64,000 nt of DNA from Hyalangium minutum (GCF_000737315.1 NZ_JMCB01000008.1:1-64000); one strand, 5' to 3'; positions 47,449 through 57,428 are shown, counted from the stretch's first letter. Program-made: numbers and translations. The notes: a model not told the origin generated them from the letters alone.

Positions 47449-47964
47449 TCACCAGTTGCGGGCCAGCCGCTCGTAGGCCTCGCGCATCAGCGTCTCCGAG
47501 AGACGGTGGAGCGCGGCCTGGCGGTTGGCCTCGGCTTCCAGCACATCACCGCTGCCCGGGAGGTAGTCCTCCGTGCCGGACACGCTCGTGTCCGCGAGGA
47601 CTTGCTCGCCCTTGAGCAGCCGGAGGCGCACCTCCGCGAAGGCCCGGTAGCTGGCCAGCTGCGCCGGCGTCTCCGGTGTGGGCTCGGTGACGATCGTCGG
47701 CGAGCTGTTCACGTTCGTCACCACCCCTTCGAGGCGGGCCTCGCAGATGCCCCCATCCCCCAGTGTCCCCACGCGCAGCAGTTCCTGGCGCATCGCCTGG
47801 GTGAAGAGCGTCTCCAGGCCCGGCTCGGGGGTCTCGTTCTGGAAGACGGGGGCGCAGACGGAGCGCACGCCCTCGGGCAGCGTCGTCTCGCGAGGCACGA
47901 AGCGGTAGCCGCACCCCAGTCCCGCCACGAGCACCGCCGCCAGCGCCACACAGAGCCGAGCCAT
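47449..47964 (-). CDS. lptE: LptE-family LPS assembly lipoprotein
   Basis: Lipobox AGLG/CGYRF, VFQNETPEPGLE, size 171 aa, downstream of leuS. Confidence 0.78.
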   Translation of the reverse strand: MARLCVALAAVLVAGLGCGYRFVPRETTLPEGVRSVCAPVFQNETPEPGLETLFTQAMRQELLRVGTLGDGGICEARLEGVVTNVNSSPTIVTEPTPETPAQLASYRAFAEVRLRLLKGEQVLADTSVSGTEDYLPGSGDVLEAEANRQAALHRLSETLMREAYERLARNW

Positions 47965-48013
47965 GGCGCTCACAGTATCGGGCTGCGATCGCCGGTCAAG
48001 CGCCCGAGCCCAC

Positions 48014-48568
48014 CTAGCGCTCTGGGCCCTGGACGGAGATACCGCGCGAGGCCAGCGCCTGCGTGGCCTCGGTCCAAGCCTTGTCCAGCGCGCGCCACCG
48101 CCGGGAGCCGGGCCACAGCGCGTCCAGAAACCACCGGAGCTCCTGGCCCTCACGCGTGCGCACCACAAGGCGGCAATTGCTCAGAACGTAGATGGGGAGC
48201 CCCAAGCACAGCACGAGCACTCCGAGCCAGAGCAAGGACGGCCGCACCCAGTACAGGACGACGAGGTTCGCCACCGCGAGGGGCAGAAAGTACATGTTCG
48301 ATCGACGCTGCAGCCGCACCGTCTCGATCCGCGCGAGCTCCAGGGTCACGGGAGCCGCGCGAGGGCCCGCCTGATAGAGCAGAGCGTTCCCCACGCCCGC
48401 GATGGAGCGGCCGGCGCGGCCCTCGAGCCGAAGGAAGGCCGCATCCGGTGGGGAGCCCCCGGGCATGGGGGCATCCGGCAGCGGCTCGCCGCACACCGCA
48501 CACGGGCCCCGGCGGGCCGGCTGCGGCCTCCGGCACCTCGTACACATGACGAGGACCTCGGTCGGCAC
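48014..48568 (-). CDS. Hypothetical membrane protein with N-terminal Zn ribbon
   Basis: CTRC-x10-CAVC; two hydrophobic helices; between leuS and lptE. Confidence 0.65.
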   Translation of the reverse strand: MPTEVLVMCTRCRRPQPARRGPCAVCGEPLPDAPMPGGSPPDAAFLRLEGRAGRSIAGVGNALLYQAGPRAAPVTLELARIETVRLQRRSNMYFLPLAVANLVVLYWVRPSLLWLGVLVLCLGLPIYVLSNCRLVVRTREGQELRWFLDALWPGSRRWRALDKAWTEATQALASRGISVQGPER

Positions 48569-48583
48569 CGGGGCTCCCTCCGA

Positions 48584-51082
48584 TCAGCCGACGACGAAGT
48601 TCACCAGCCGCTTCGGGACGAAGACGAACTTGCGCAGCGTCTTGCCCGCCATGGCCGCCTTGACCCGCTCGTCCGCCTCGGCGGCGGCGCGCACCGCCGC
48701 CTCGTCCGCGTCCACGGGCACCTTGATCTCCGCGCGCAGCTTGCCGTTGACCTGCACCGCGTAGGGGATCTCGTCATCCACCACGAGCGCCGGATCAAAC
48801 GCCGGCCACTCCTGGTTCACGAGGAGCACCTTGGAGCCGTAGGCCTCGGCCAGCTCGTCGGCGATGTGCGGGGCGAACGGCGTGAGCATCACCGCCAGCA
48901 GCCGGATGGCCTCGGCCATGGCTGCCTTCTCCGCCGGCGTCTCGACCGTGCCCACCCCGTAGAGCACATTGATGTACTCCATGACGCCCGCGATGGCGGT
49001 GTTGAAGGACAGGCGCTCGATGGCCTCCCCCACCCGCTTCAGCGTCTTGTGCGCGGCGCGGCGGATCTCCAGCGCCTTGCCCTCGTACGTCCCGGAGTGC
49101 GTGGAGCCCACGACGCCCTCGTGCGTGGCGGCCAGCGTCCACACGCGCTTGAGGAAGCGGAAGGCGCCCTCCACCTGGGCATCGGACCAGTCGAAGTCGC
49201 GCTCGGGCGGGCCCGCGAAGAGCACATAGGTGCGCGCCGTGTCCGCGCCGTACTTCCTCACGATGGACGCCGGTGCCACCGAGTTGCCCCAGCGCTTGGA
49301 CATCTTCCGGCCGTCCGGGCCGTTCACGATGCCCTGCGTGACGAGGCGCGTGACGGGCTCGTCCACCGGCGACAAGCCCAGCTCCTTCATCACCCGCGTC
49401 CAGAAGCGGAAGTACAGCAGGTGCATCACCGCGTGCTCGGGGCCACCCACGTAGACGTCCACCGGGAGCCAGCGCTTGGCCTCGGCCGGATCGAACGGCG
49501 CCGCGTCGTAGTGCGGCGACAGGTAGCGCGCGAAGTACCAGCAGGAGTCGACGAACGTGTCCATCGTCTCCGCCTCGCGCCGGGCCGGACCACCGCACTT
49601 GGGGCACGTGGTGTTCACCCACGAGGCCACCTTGGCCAGCGGCGGCTCACCCTTACCGGTGAGCACTGCCTGGGTGTCGATCTCCGGCAGGCGCACCGGC
49701 AGCTGATCCACCGGTACGGGAATGCCGCGGCGCTCCGGATCGCACTTCTCGCAGTAGACGATGGGGATGGGCGTGCCCCAGTAGCGCTGGCGGCTGAAGC
49801 CCCAGTCCTTCTGGCGGTACGTGATGGTGAACTTGCCGCGGCCCTCGGCCTCCAGCTTCGCCGCCATCTTCCGGCGCGCCTCCTCCGAGGTGAGCCCGGT
49901 GTACTCGCCCGAGTCCACCAGCACGCCGTACTCCGTAGAGGCCGCCTCCAGCTTGTCTCCCTCGGGCAGCTTGTCGCCCTTGGCCGGCTGGATGACGACC
50001 TGGATGGGCAGGCTGTACTTGCGAGCGAACTCGAAGTCGCGCGCGTCATGGGCCGGCACACTCATGACCGCGCCCGTGCCGTAGTCGGACAGCACGAAGT
50101 TGGCGATCCAGATGGGCACCGGCTGGCCGGTGAACGGGTTGAGCGCGTACGCGCCCGTGAAGACGCCCTCCTTCGTGGCGCCCTCGGCGGTGCGGTCCGT
50201 CTTGCTGATGGCCGCCATCTTCGCCACGAAGGCATCCACCTCGGCGCGGCGCTCGGGCGTCGTCACCTTGGCCACCAGCTTGTGGTCCGGCGCCAGCACC
50301 ACGTACGTGCAGCCGTAGATGGTGTCGATGCGCGTGGTGAAGACGCGGATCTTCTCCTCGCTGCCCTTCACCGTGAAGTCGGCCTCGGCGCCCTCGGAGC
50401 GGCCGATCCAGTTGCGCTGCATGCTGGTGATGCGCTCGGGCCACTCCTTCAGCTCATCCAGCCCGTCCAGCAGCGCCTGCGAGTACTTCGTGATGCGGAA
50501 CGCCCACTCGGGCATCTCCTTGTCCAGCACCGGCGAGTCACAGCGCTCGCACACGCCCTCCTTCACCTGCTCGTTGGCGATGACGGTGAGGCAGCCGGTG
50601 CACCAGTTCACCTTGCTGAAGCGGCGGTACACCAGTCCGCGCCCCAGCATCTGGATGAAGAACCACTGGTTCCACCGGTAGTACTCGGGCTGGCTGGTGT
50701 TGACCTCGCGCGTCCAGTCGTAGCTGTAGCCCAGCGAGCGGATCTCCGCCTTGAACGAGTCGATGTTCTCCTGCGTCCGCACCGCCGGGTGCACGCCGTC
50801 CTTGATGGCCGCGTTCTCCGCCGGAAGCCCGAACGCGTCCCACCCCATGGGGTGCAGCACGTCGTAACCCTTCATCCGGAAGTAGCGCGCGTACACGTCC
50901 CCGATGAGGTAGTTGCGCACGTGCCCCATGTGCATCTTCCCGCTGGGGTACGGCAGCATCTCGAGGATGTACTTCTTGGGAGCTCCCGGCCGCGTGCCCG
51001 CACGGAACACGCCCTCCTGCTCCCAACGGATCTGCCACTTTCCTTCGATCGTCTGCGGCTCGTAGCGCTCGTTCATCGCCAT
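48584..51082 (-). CDS. leuS: Leucine--tRNA ligase
   Basis: MLPYPSGKMHMGH (HIGH), GWDAFGLPAENAA, DWGFSRQRYWGTPIP, MDTFVDS, KMSKR. Confidence 0.98.
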   Translation of the reverse strand: MAMNERYEPQTIEGKWQIRWEQEGVFRAGTRPGAPKKYILEMLPYPSGKMHMGHVRNYLIGDVYARYFRMKGYDVLHPMGWDAFGLPAENAAIKDGVHPAVRTQENIDSFKAEIRSLGYSYDWTREVNTSQPEYYRWNQWFFIQMLGRGLVYRRFSKVNWCTGCLTVIANEQVKEGVCERCDSPVLDKEMPEWAFRITKYSQALLDGLDELKEWPERITSMQRNWIGRSEGAEADFTVKGSEEKIRVFTTRIDTIYGCTYVVLAPDHKLVAKVTTPERRAEVDAFVAKMAAISKTDRTAEGATKEGVFTGAYALNPFTGQPVPIWIANFVLSDYGTGAVMSVPAHDARDFEFARKYSLPIQVVIQPAKGDKLPEGDKLEAASTEYGVLVDSGEYTGLTSEEARRKMAAKLEAEGRGKFTITYRQKDWGFSRQRYWGTPIPIVYCEKCDPERRGIPVPVDQLPVRLPEIDTQAVLTGKGEPPLAKVASWVNTTCPKCGGPARREAETMDTFVDSCWYFARYLSPHYDAAPFDPAEAKRWLPVDVYVGGPEHAVMHLLYFRFWTRVMKELGLSPVDEPVTRLVTQGIVNGPDGRKMSKRWGNSVAPASIVRKYGADTARTYVLFAGPPERDFDWSDAQVEGAFRFLKRVWTLAATHEGVVGSTHSGTYEGKALEIRRAAHKTLKRVGEAIERLSFNTAIAGVMEYINVLYGVGTVETPAEKAAMAEAIRLLAVMLTPFAPHIADELAEAYGSKVLLVNQEWPAFDPALVVDDEIPYAVQVNGKLRAEIKVPVDADEAAVRAAAEADERVKAAMAGKTLRKFVFVPKRLVNFVVG

Positions 51083-51094
51083 AGGTCGGTGCGC

Positions 51095-51123
51095 CTCTTA
51101 CGAGACGCCCGCTCGTGACGCAA
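51095..51123 (-). promoter_or_regulatory. Putative sigma70 promoter of leuS
   Basis: TTGCGT-N17-TAAGAG; same -35 hexamer as upstream of lysS. Confidence 0.5.
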
Positions 51124-51281
51124 CAGGCTGCGCCCTCTGGAACCGAGGGAAACTCCTACATCGGTCCCTTACAGCCTTCATGAACTTTTCGCTTGCCACT
51201 GTTCATCCTGGGAGTCATGATTTCCCTGTACCCAGAGCAATCAGGACCTGTCGGGGGTCCTTGCGCACCACGGGGGAATCG

Positions 51282-54200
51282 ATGACATCCAGGGTTAGTT
51301 GGGGAGCAGTTCTGCTGTCCGCGGCGATGACGGTGACGGGATGTGGCGAGGAGCCTTCCGAACTGTCCGCCGTACCAGAGGCCGAGGCCACCACGGTGGC
51401 CACTCACACGGCCATCCAGGCGCTGGCCAGCACCGACAAGGTGCTCATCCTGGGCAGCAGCGTGAGCGGCGGAGCGCAGAGCCGCGAGGCGCAGGCGGTG
51501 GCGGCGCTGTCGCCCAGCACGCAGGTTGACGTGGTGTCGGCGGAGCAGTGGCGGGCGATGACGGCCCAGCAGTTCATGTCGTATCGGGCGATCATCATCG
51601 GCGATGCGGCCTGCCAGAGCGGCACGGCGGCGTTCCAGGCGGCGGTGGACACCCGCAACGTCTGGGGCCCGATGATCGACGGCACCGTGGCGCTGGCCAG
51701 CACCAACCTGTCCAGCAACGGCACGCCGCACATGCTGGAGAACGCCATCGCGTTCGCGCTGGACTCGCCGCAGCAGCGCACGGGCATGTACGTCTCGCTG
51801 GGCTGCGCCTACCAGAGCGCCGCACCCAACACGGCGGTGCAGCTGCTCGAGCCGCTCGGCGTCTTCAAGGTGTCGGGCCTGCAGGCCTGCGCCAACGCCG
51901 GCCACATCTTCGAGATGAACACCGGCATCATGACCCGGAACCTCTCGGACTCGCAGCTGTCGTCCAGCGGGTGCGTGGCGCGCTCGGTGTTCACCCAGTA
52001 CCCCGACCGCAACTTCTCCTTCGTGGCGGTGGCGCGGAACACCTCCGGCGCTTCGCTGCCGGGCCAGCAGTCCTACACGGACTACATGGAGAACCCGGAG
52101 CAGGAGACGAGCTACAACGGCACGCCGTACCTGCTCGTGCGCGGGGCGTCGACCCTGAGCGCCGGCTGCGGCCTGTCGGACTACTCGCCTGCCGGTGAGG
52201 AGTGCGACATGGGCGACGGGTGGAACGGGCAGGCCGCGGTGCAGGGCCAGAACCCGCTCGATACCTGCTCGTACACGTGCCGCAACAACTGGTGCGGCGA
52301 TGGCGTGGTGGACGCGAACTTCGGTGAGGAGTGCGACAACGGCAACCAGAACGGCCGCTTGCTCAGCTCCGCCGGCGCCCTGGGCAACTGCTCTTCGGCC
52401 TGCAAGCTGATTGGCCCTTCCTCGCCGCCACCGAGCAACCCGCCCGTGGCGCGCTGCAAGGACGCGGTGGTGTCGGCCGGGTACACCTGCGGCGTGTACG
52501 CGAGCGTCGACAACGGCTCCTACGACCCGGACAATGACCTGGTGTCGTGCACGCAGAGCCCGGACAGCGTGTACGGCCTGGGCACCACGGCGGTGACGCT
52601 GACCTGCCGCGATGCCCAGAGCCACGTGTCCACGTGCAACGCCACGGTGACGGTGGTGGACAACACGCCGCCGGTGGTGACGCTCAACGGCTCCGCCAGC
52701 CACACGCTGGAGTGCAACCGGAACCTCGTGTACCCGGATCAGGGTGCCACCGGTCAGGACGCCTGCTCGGGCGCCCTGCCGACGGTGCGCTCGGGTGTGG
52801 TGAACATGGCCCAGGCCAGCACCTACAGCCTGACCTATACCGCGACGGACGGGTCTGGCAACCAGGGCTCGGCCACGCGCAGCGTCACCGTGGCGGACAC
52901 GCTGGCGCCGACCCTGACGCTGCTGGGCGCGGCTTCGGTGACCGCGGAGTGCGGCACTGCGTTCAATGACCCCGGGGCCGCGGTCTCGGATCAGTGCGTG
53001 AACAGCATCTCGGCCACGCGGTCCGGCGCGCTGAACCTCTCGGCGCCTGGCGCCTACACGCTGCGCTACGACGCGCGGGACCCGTCGAACAACGCGGCGG
53101 CGTTCAAGACCCGCACCGTGACCGTGAGGGACACGCTCAAGCCCACGGTGACCGTGCAGGGTGCCCTGAACCAGGCGGTGGAGTGCGGCAGCGCCTACAC
53201 GGACCCGGGTGCCACGGTGCAGGACCAGTGCGCGACCTCCCTGGCGGCGACGGCGACGGGCTCGGTCAATGCCTCGCAGCCGGGCACCTACACCCTGAGC
53301 TACCGGGCGGTGGATCCGTCCGGCAACGTGGGCACGGCCACCTCTTCTCGCACGGTGACGGTGAGCGACACGCTGGCGCCCGCCCTGACGCTCAACGGCC
53401 CGGCCTCGCTGCAGCTCGAGTGCGCCACCCCCTACACGGATCTGGGCGCCACGGCGCAGGACCTGTGCGCGGGTTCGGTGGCCGTCACGTCGACCGGCTC
53501 GGTGAACAACCGGCAGCTGGGTCCCCAGACGATCAGCTACAGCGCGAACGACGGCCGCGGCCACACCGCCTCGGCGACGCGCACGGTCACCGTCGCCGAC
53601 ACCCGGGCGCCGGCCATCACCGTGCAGGGCTCGCTCAACACCACGTATGAGTGCGGCTCCACGTATGTGGATCTGGGCGCCACGGCCTCGGACGCCTGCG
53701 CGGGCTCGGTGCCGGTCACCGCGACGCAGACGAGCAACCCGAACCAGCCGGGCAGCTTCACCATCACCTACTCGGCGGTGGACCCGTCCGGAAACTCGGC
53801 CACCTCGACCGCCACCCGCACGGTGTCGGTGAACGACAGCGCTCCGCCCACCCTGGTGCTCAACGGCCCGGCCACCCAGTCTCTGGAGTGCGGCTCCTCC
53901 TACGAGGACCCCGGCGCCCTGGCTCAGGATGCGTGCTTCGGCGATGTCACGGCCCGCATCACGCGGAGCGGCTCGGTGAACGCCAGCGCCCCGGGCACCT
54001 ACGCGCTCACCTACAACGTGACGGATCCCGCGGGCCAGGCCGCTCCGTCGGTCAGCCGCACGGTGAACGTCAGCGACACGCTGGCGCCGACCCTGACGGT
54101 GCAGGGCTCGCTCAACGCGCAGGTCGAGTGTGGCACGGCGTACAACGATGCGGGCGCCACGGCCTCGGACGTCTGCGCCGGGAACCTGAACTCCGCCATC

Positions 54201-55325
54201 CGCACCACCAGCAACGTCAACACCTCCGCTCCGGGCGGCTACACCGTGAGCTACGCGGTGACGGATGCCTCCGGCAACTCCGCCTCGGGCGGCCGGGCGG
54301 TGACGGTGCGTGACACCCAGGCGCCGGTCATCACGCCGCGCCCCGGTCCCTCCACCCTGGAGTGCAACGGCACGCCCTACGTGGAGCTGGGCGCCACGGC
54401 CAACGACGCCTGCCGTGGGGATCTGAGCTCGGCCATCACCACCACCAGCAACCTCGACCAGACGCGCTCGGGTACGTACAACGTCACCTACCGCGTGGCG
54501 GACGCCTCCGGGAACGTGGGCACCGCGGTGCGCATGCTCACCGTCGGCCCCTGCTCCACCAACTCGTGCACGAACATCCGCCTGGGTGACTACAACCTGT
54601 TCCTGCAGGAGAACTACACCGGTGGCCACGACGTGGTGGGCAAGGTGGCGGCGGGCGGCAACATCTCCATGACGGACTTCTCCGTCGGCATGGGCCTGCC
54701 GTCCTCCAACCTCTCCAACACGCTGGTGGCGGGCGGCAACCTGTCGCTGTCTCGCGGCTCCATCGGCGGCGACGCCTGGTACGGTGGCACGCTCACCGCG
54801 GACCAGAGCGTGTCGCAGTCGCGCGGCGTCCGCCGCCAGGGCACGCCGATCGACTTCGCGGCCAAGTTCAGCGAGCTGCGCGGCCTGACGGGTCAGCTGG
54901 CCAACATGACGGCCACGGGCACCACCCGCCGCGAGAGCTGGGGTGGCATCTCGATGACGGGCAACCGCTCCACGGTGAACGTGTTCGACATCAGCGCCAG
55001 CGCCTTCACCGGTGCGGTGTACTGGCAGATCAACGCGCCGGCCGGCTCGCTGGTGGTGGTCAACATCCGCGGCTCTGCGGCCCGGTTCACCAACTTCGGC
55101 ATCCAGTTCAGCGGCGGCATCGACCAGCACGGCGTCCTGTTCAACTTCGTGGACACCACGAGCATCACCGCCTCGGGCTTCGGCTTCTGGGGCACGGTCC
55201 TGGCGCCCTACGCGGACGTGAACTTCAACAACGGCAGCTGGGATGGCGGCATCTACGCGAAGTCCTTCACGGGCAACGCCGAGGGCCACATCAACCCGCT
55301 CAACGACCGCGACATCTGCCCGTGA
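51282..55325 (+). CDS. Large surface lipoprotein/adhesin: Myxococcus Cys-rich repeats, HYR-like module, 8 DUF5011-type Ig repeats, C-terminal choice-of-anchor A domain
   Basis: Lipobox TVTG/C; GEECD..G..N, CGDGVVD..GEECD; eight D.(A)P.(L/I)T..G....ECG..Y.D.GA.A.D.C repeats; YNLFLQENY..GKVAAGGN..IDF..GTVLAPYA. Confidence 0.85.
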   Translation: MTSRVSWGAVLLSAAMTVTGCGEEPSELSAVPEAEATTVATHTAIQALASTDKVLILGSSVSGGAQSREAQAVAALSPSTQVDVVSAEQWRAMTAQQFMSYRAIIIGDAACQSGTAAFQAAVDTRNVWGPMIDGTVALASTNLSSNGTPHMLENAIAFALDSPQQRTGMYVSLGCAYQSAAPNTAVQLLEPLGVFKVSGLQACANAGHIFEMNTGIMTRNLSDSQLSSSGCVARSVFTQYPDRNFSFVAVARNTSGASLPGQQSYTDYMENPEQETSYNGTPYLLVRGASTLSAGCGLSDYSPAGEECDMGDGWNGQAAVQGQNPLDTCSYTCRNNWCGDGVVDANFGEECDNGNQNGRLLSSAGALGNCSSACKLIGPSSPPPSNPPVARCKDAVVSAGYTCGVYASVDNGSYDPDNDLVSCTQSPDSVYGLGTTAVTLTCRDAQSHVSTCNATVTVVDNTPPVVTLNGSASHTLECNRNLVYPDQGATGQDACSGALPTVRSGVVNMAQASTYSLTYTATDGSGNQGSATRSVTVADTLAPTLTLLGAASVTAECGTAFNDPGAAVSDQCVNSISATRSGALNLSAPGAYTLRYDARDPSNNAAAFKTRTVTVRDTLKPTVTVQGALNQAVECGSAYTDPGATVQDQCATSLAATATGSVNASQPGTYTLSYRAVDPSGNVGTATSSRTVTVSDTLAPALTLNGPASLQLECATPYTDLGATAQDLCAGSVAVTSTGSVNNRQLGPQTISYSANDGRGHTASATRTVTVADTRAPAITVQGSLNTTYECGSTYVDLGATASDACAGSVPVTATQTSNPNQPGSFTITYSAVDPSGNSATSTATRTVSVNDSAPPTLVLNGPATQSLECGSSYEDPGALAQDACFGDVTARITRSGSVNASAPGTYALTYNVTDPAGQAAPSVSRTVNVSDTLAPTLTVQGSLNAQVECGTAYNDAGATASDVCAGNLNSAIRTTSNVNTSAPGGYTVSYAVTDASGNSASGGRAVTVRDTQAPVITPRPGPSTLECNGTPYVELGATANDACRGDLSSAITTTSNLDQTRSGTYNVTYRVADASGNVGTAVRMLTVGPCSTNSCTNIRLGDYNLFLQENYTGGHDVVGKVAAGGNISMTDFSVGMGLPSSNLSNTLVAGGNLSLSRGSIGGDAWYGGTLTADQSVSQSRGVRRQGTPIDFAAKFSELRGLTGQLANMTATGTTRRESWGGISMTGNRSTVNVFDISASAFTGAVYWQINAPAGSLVVVNIRGSAARFTNFGIQFSGGIDQHGVLFNFVDTTSITASGFGFWGTVLAPYADVNFNNGSWDGGIYAKSFTGNAEGHINPLNDRDICP
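52656..54545 (+). repeat. Eight tandem ~79-aa Ig-like coding repeats
   Basis: Eight units counted in the translation, each with EC and D-x-C cysteines and ending in R-x-V-x-V. Confidence 0.85.
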
Positions 55326-55330
55326 GGGAT

Positions 55331-55362
55331 GAGGCGGGAGCTCCACTGAGAGCTCCCGCTTC
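55331..55362. terminator. Hairpin between convergent genes (probable bidirectional terminator)
   Basis: GCGGGAGCTC-cactga-GAGCTCCCGC perfect 10-bp stem, extendable by 3 bp; no U-tract. Confidence 0.65.
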
Positions 55363-55433
55363 GGCCTCCCGAAGCTGAATGCTGAGCACAGCCCTCGCCC
55401 CACCGGAGCCCGCTCCGGACCGGGGCGGGGGCT

Positions 55434-57428
55434 TCAGCTTTTCTGGCGGCGCGAGCGCAGCGCCCACGCCCCCAGCATCAGCGCCACGGCGCCCAGCCCC
55501 GCGCCCGAGGCGCTCTCGCAGCCACAGCCCACCTCGAGCGCTCCGGGCATTACCACCGTGAACGTCGTGGGCGCGGAGGAGAAGCCAGTGCTGCCTCCCG
55601 TCTCCAGCGCCTGAGCCGTGACGGTGTGCTCACCGGGTGCCAGCGCCTGACCGGGCGTGAGCGTGTAATAGAAGCGCCCGGCCTGATCCAACGGCACCTG
55701 GGCCACCTCGGCTCCGTCCACCTGAAGGCGAACCGAGACGCCCAAGGGACTCGTCCCCGTGAGGAGGGGCGTGGGATCCACCTGCTCGCCCTGCGCGGGA
55801 GACACGAGGATGGGGTTCATCGCCGGCTCGGCGACGTCGAAGCGGGTCACCGCGGAGAGCGGGCTGTACAGCCCCAGGGACTCCGCGGATGCGCGAAGCT
55901 CGTGTGCTCCAGGCGTCAGCTCCATGGGGGCCGTGTAGACGAAGCCGCCATCGGGGCTGCTCGCCTGCACCTGCACGTAGGGCGTCCCATCCAGGAAGAG
56001 GTGAACCTGGACGCCCTGCTCGGCCGCCCCTTCGAAGCGGGGACGCGGCGCCACGCCGACCGCTCCATTCACTGGCTGCGACACCGTGGGCGTTACGAGC
56101 GTTCGCACCCCGGTGACTGTTTGCTGCGCCGAGCCGTACGCGCTTCCACCATCCAAGCTGGCCGGCCCCGCGCCCCGGCTGTCGCCCGTCGCCGACGATC
56201 GCCCCGCCGCCCCGGCGAGCACCACCGCGGGACACGTGAGGGGCTGTCCCTGCAGGAAGACGACGCCTCCAGCGCCGCCACCGCCCGGGCCAATCGGGTA
56301 CGCGGGATGAACGGTGTCTCCGCCCGCGCCCCCCGAGGCGTCCGCAGCGCCGCAGGCCAGTCCCGCGGCGGATCTCAAGGAGATGGCTCCGCCTGCACCG
56401 CCGCCGCCCGCACCGTCATCTCCCGTCCCGGACGTAGGAGGCACCGACGCGCCCTTCGCGCTGAAGCGCCCCGTCCCCACCACCGCCCCCGCGCGCAGGA
56501 GCATCAGCCCACCTCCCGCGCCTCCGCTGGTTCCTAAATTGTTGTTGCCCTCGCCCGCGCCGCCGCCCCCGCCAAACACGAGGCGCTCGTAGGGCAGGTA
56601 CACCACGGCCGCTCCGCCCAGGCCACCCACGTCCCGGTCCCCGTCAGAAGAACGAGCCCCCGTGCCGCCCATGCCGGCATGGCCTCCACCGCCCCCCCCG
56701 GAGTTGTGGCAGTTACCGCCGCCCCCGCCGTTGGCCACGTTGCCTCGTCCCGAGGCCGTCCCGTACCGCCCGGCCACCAGCCCCTCTCCTTTATAGGAGC
56801 CACCGCTGGCCGAGGGCTCGTCGAGCCCCGCGCAGCCGTCACGGTCCGCGTGGTTGAGGTACACCCCACCCCGGAAGCCGGCGCCGTCCACCGACACGAG
56901 CCCGTTGTTGCTCAGCGTGCCGGTGGCCAACAGCGCGAGGATGCCGCCCACGCTCCCGTCCCACGGCGCCGCCCGGAGCGAGCCGTTGGCGAGCACCTGG
57001 ACGTCCGTGTACTCGGGCACACTCACCACCTGCGTCACCCTGGCGGGGAAGCCGTTCGTCAGCGGCGCGGTCAGCCGCAGCACGCCCGGAGACACGGCCT
57101 CGACGCGCCCGTACTCGAACTGGCCCACCGGGTTCGCCGCATCGAGGCGGATCTGCGATGGATCTCCCGAGGCAGGCGCCGGCGTCAGGTCCGTGGATTG
57201 ATGGAGGAGGACCAGGTCGCCCGCCGAGAAGGCGCTGGCATCCGAGAGCGTCAGGACCTGCGTCCCCGCCGGCGCGCTGGCGGTGAGCTGGGCGTAGCGG
57301 TTGACCACGGTGTCCTGCGCCGTGACCCGCAGAAGGCCTCTGCGCCCCGTGCCCAGTCCGAAGGTATCCGGCTCGGCCCCCGCACCACCGGCCCAGAGAA
57401 GTCCCGCCACCCAAAGAGTGTTCCGCAT
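55434..57428 (-). CDS. AgmC-family surface protein with Ig-like domains and MYXO-CTERM anchor
   Basis: Signal peptide then AEPDTFGLGTG, VVNRYA, QVVSVPEYTDV, APWDGSVGGIL, Gly-rich repeats; C-terminal GCGC-TM-RSRR. Confidence 0.8.
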   Translation of the reverse strand: MRNTLWVAGLLWAGGAGAEPDTFGLGTGRRGLLRVTAQDTVVNRYAQLTASAPAGTQVLTLSDASAFSAGDLVLLHQSTDLTPAPASGDPSQIRLDAANPVGQFEYGRVEAVSPGVLRLTAPLTNGFPARVTQVVSVPEYTDVQVLANGSLRAAPWDGSVGGILALLATGTLSNNGLVSVDGAGFRGGVYLNHADRDGCAGLDEPSASGGSYKGEGLVAGRYGTASGRGNVANGGGGGNCHNSGGGGGGHAGMGGTGARSSDGDRDVGGLGGAAVVYLPYERLVFGGGGGAGEGNNNLGTSGGAGGGLMLLRAGAVVGTGRFSAKGASVPPTSGTGDDGAGGGGAGGAISLRSAAGLACGAADASGGAGGDTVHPAYPIGPGGGGAGGVVFLQGQPLTCPAVVLAGAAGRSSATGDSRGAGPASLDGGSAYGSAQQTVTGVRTLVTPTVSQPVNGAVGVAPRPRFEGAAEQGVQVHLFLDGTPYVQVQASSPDGGFVYTAPMELTPGAHELRASAESLGLYSPLSAVTRFDVAEPAMNPILVSPAQGEQVDPTPLLTGTSPLGVSVRLQVDGAEVAQVPLDQAGRFYYTLTPGQALAPGEHTVTAQALETGGSTGFSSAPTTFTVVMPGALEVGCGCESASGAGLGAVALMLGAWALRSRRQKS

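Noticed and set aside
51139-51166. GGAACC upstream of the adhesin as a third ECF promoter
   Set aside because: The 16-nt spacer is followed by TCGGTC, not GTC; spacing does not match the other two
47963-55403. ORFs 47963-51118 (+) and 51156-55403 (-)
   Set aside because: Antisense shadows of leuS and the adhesin
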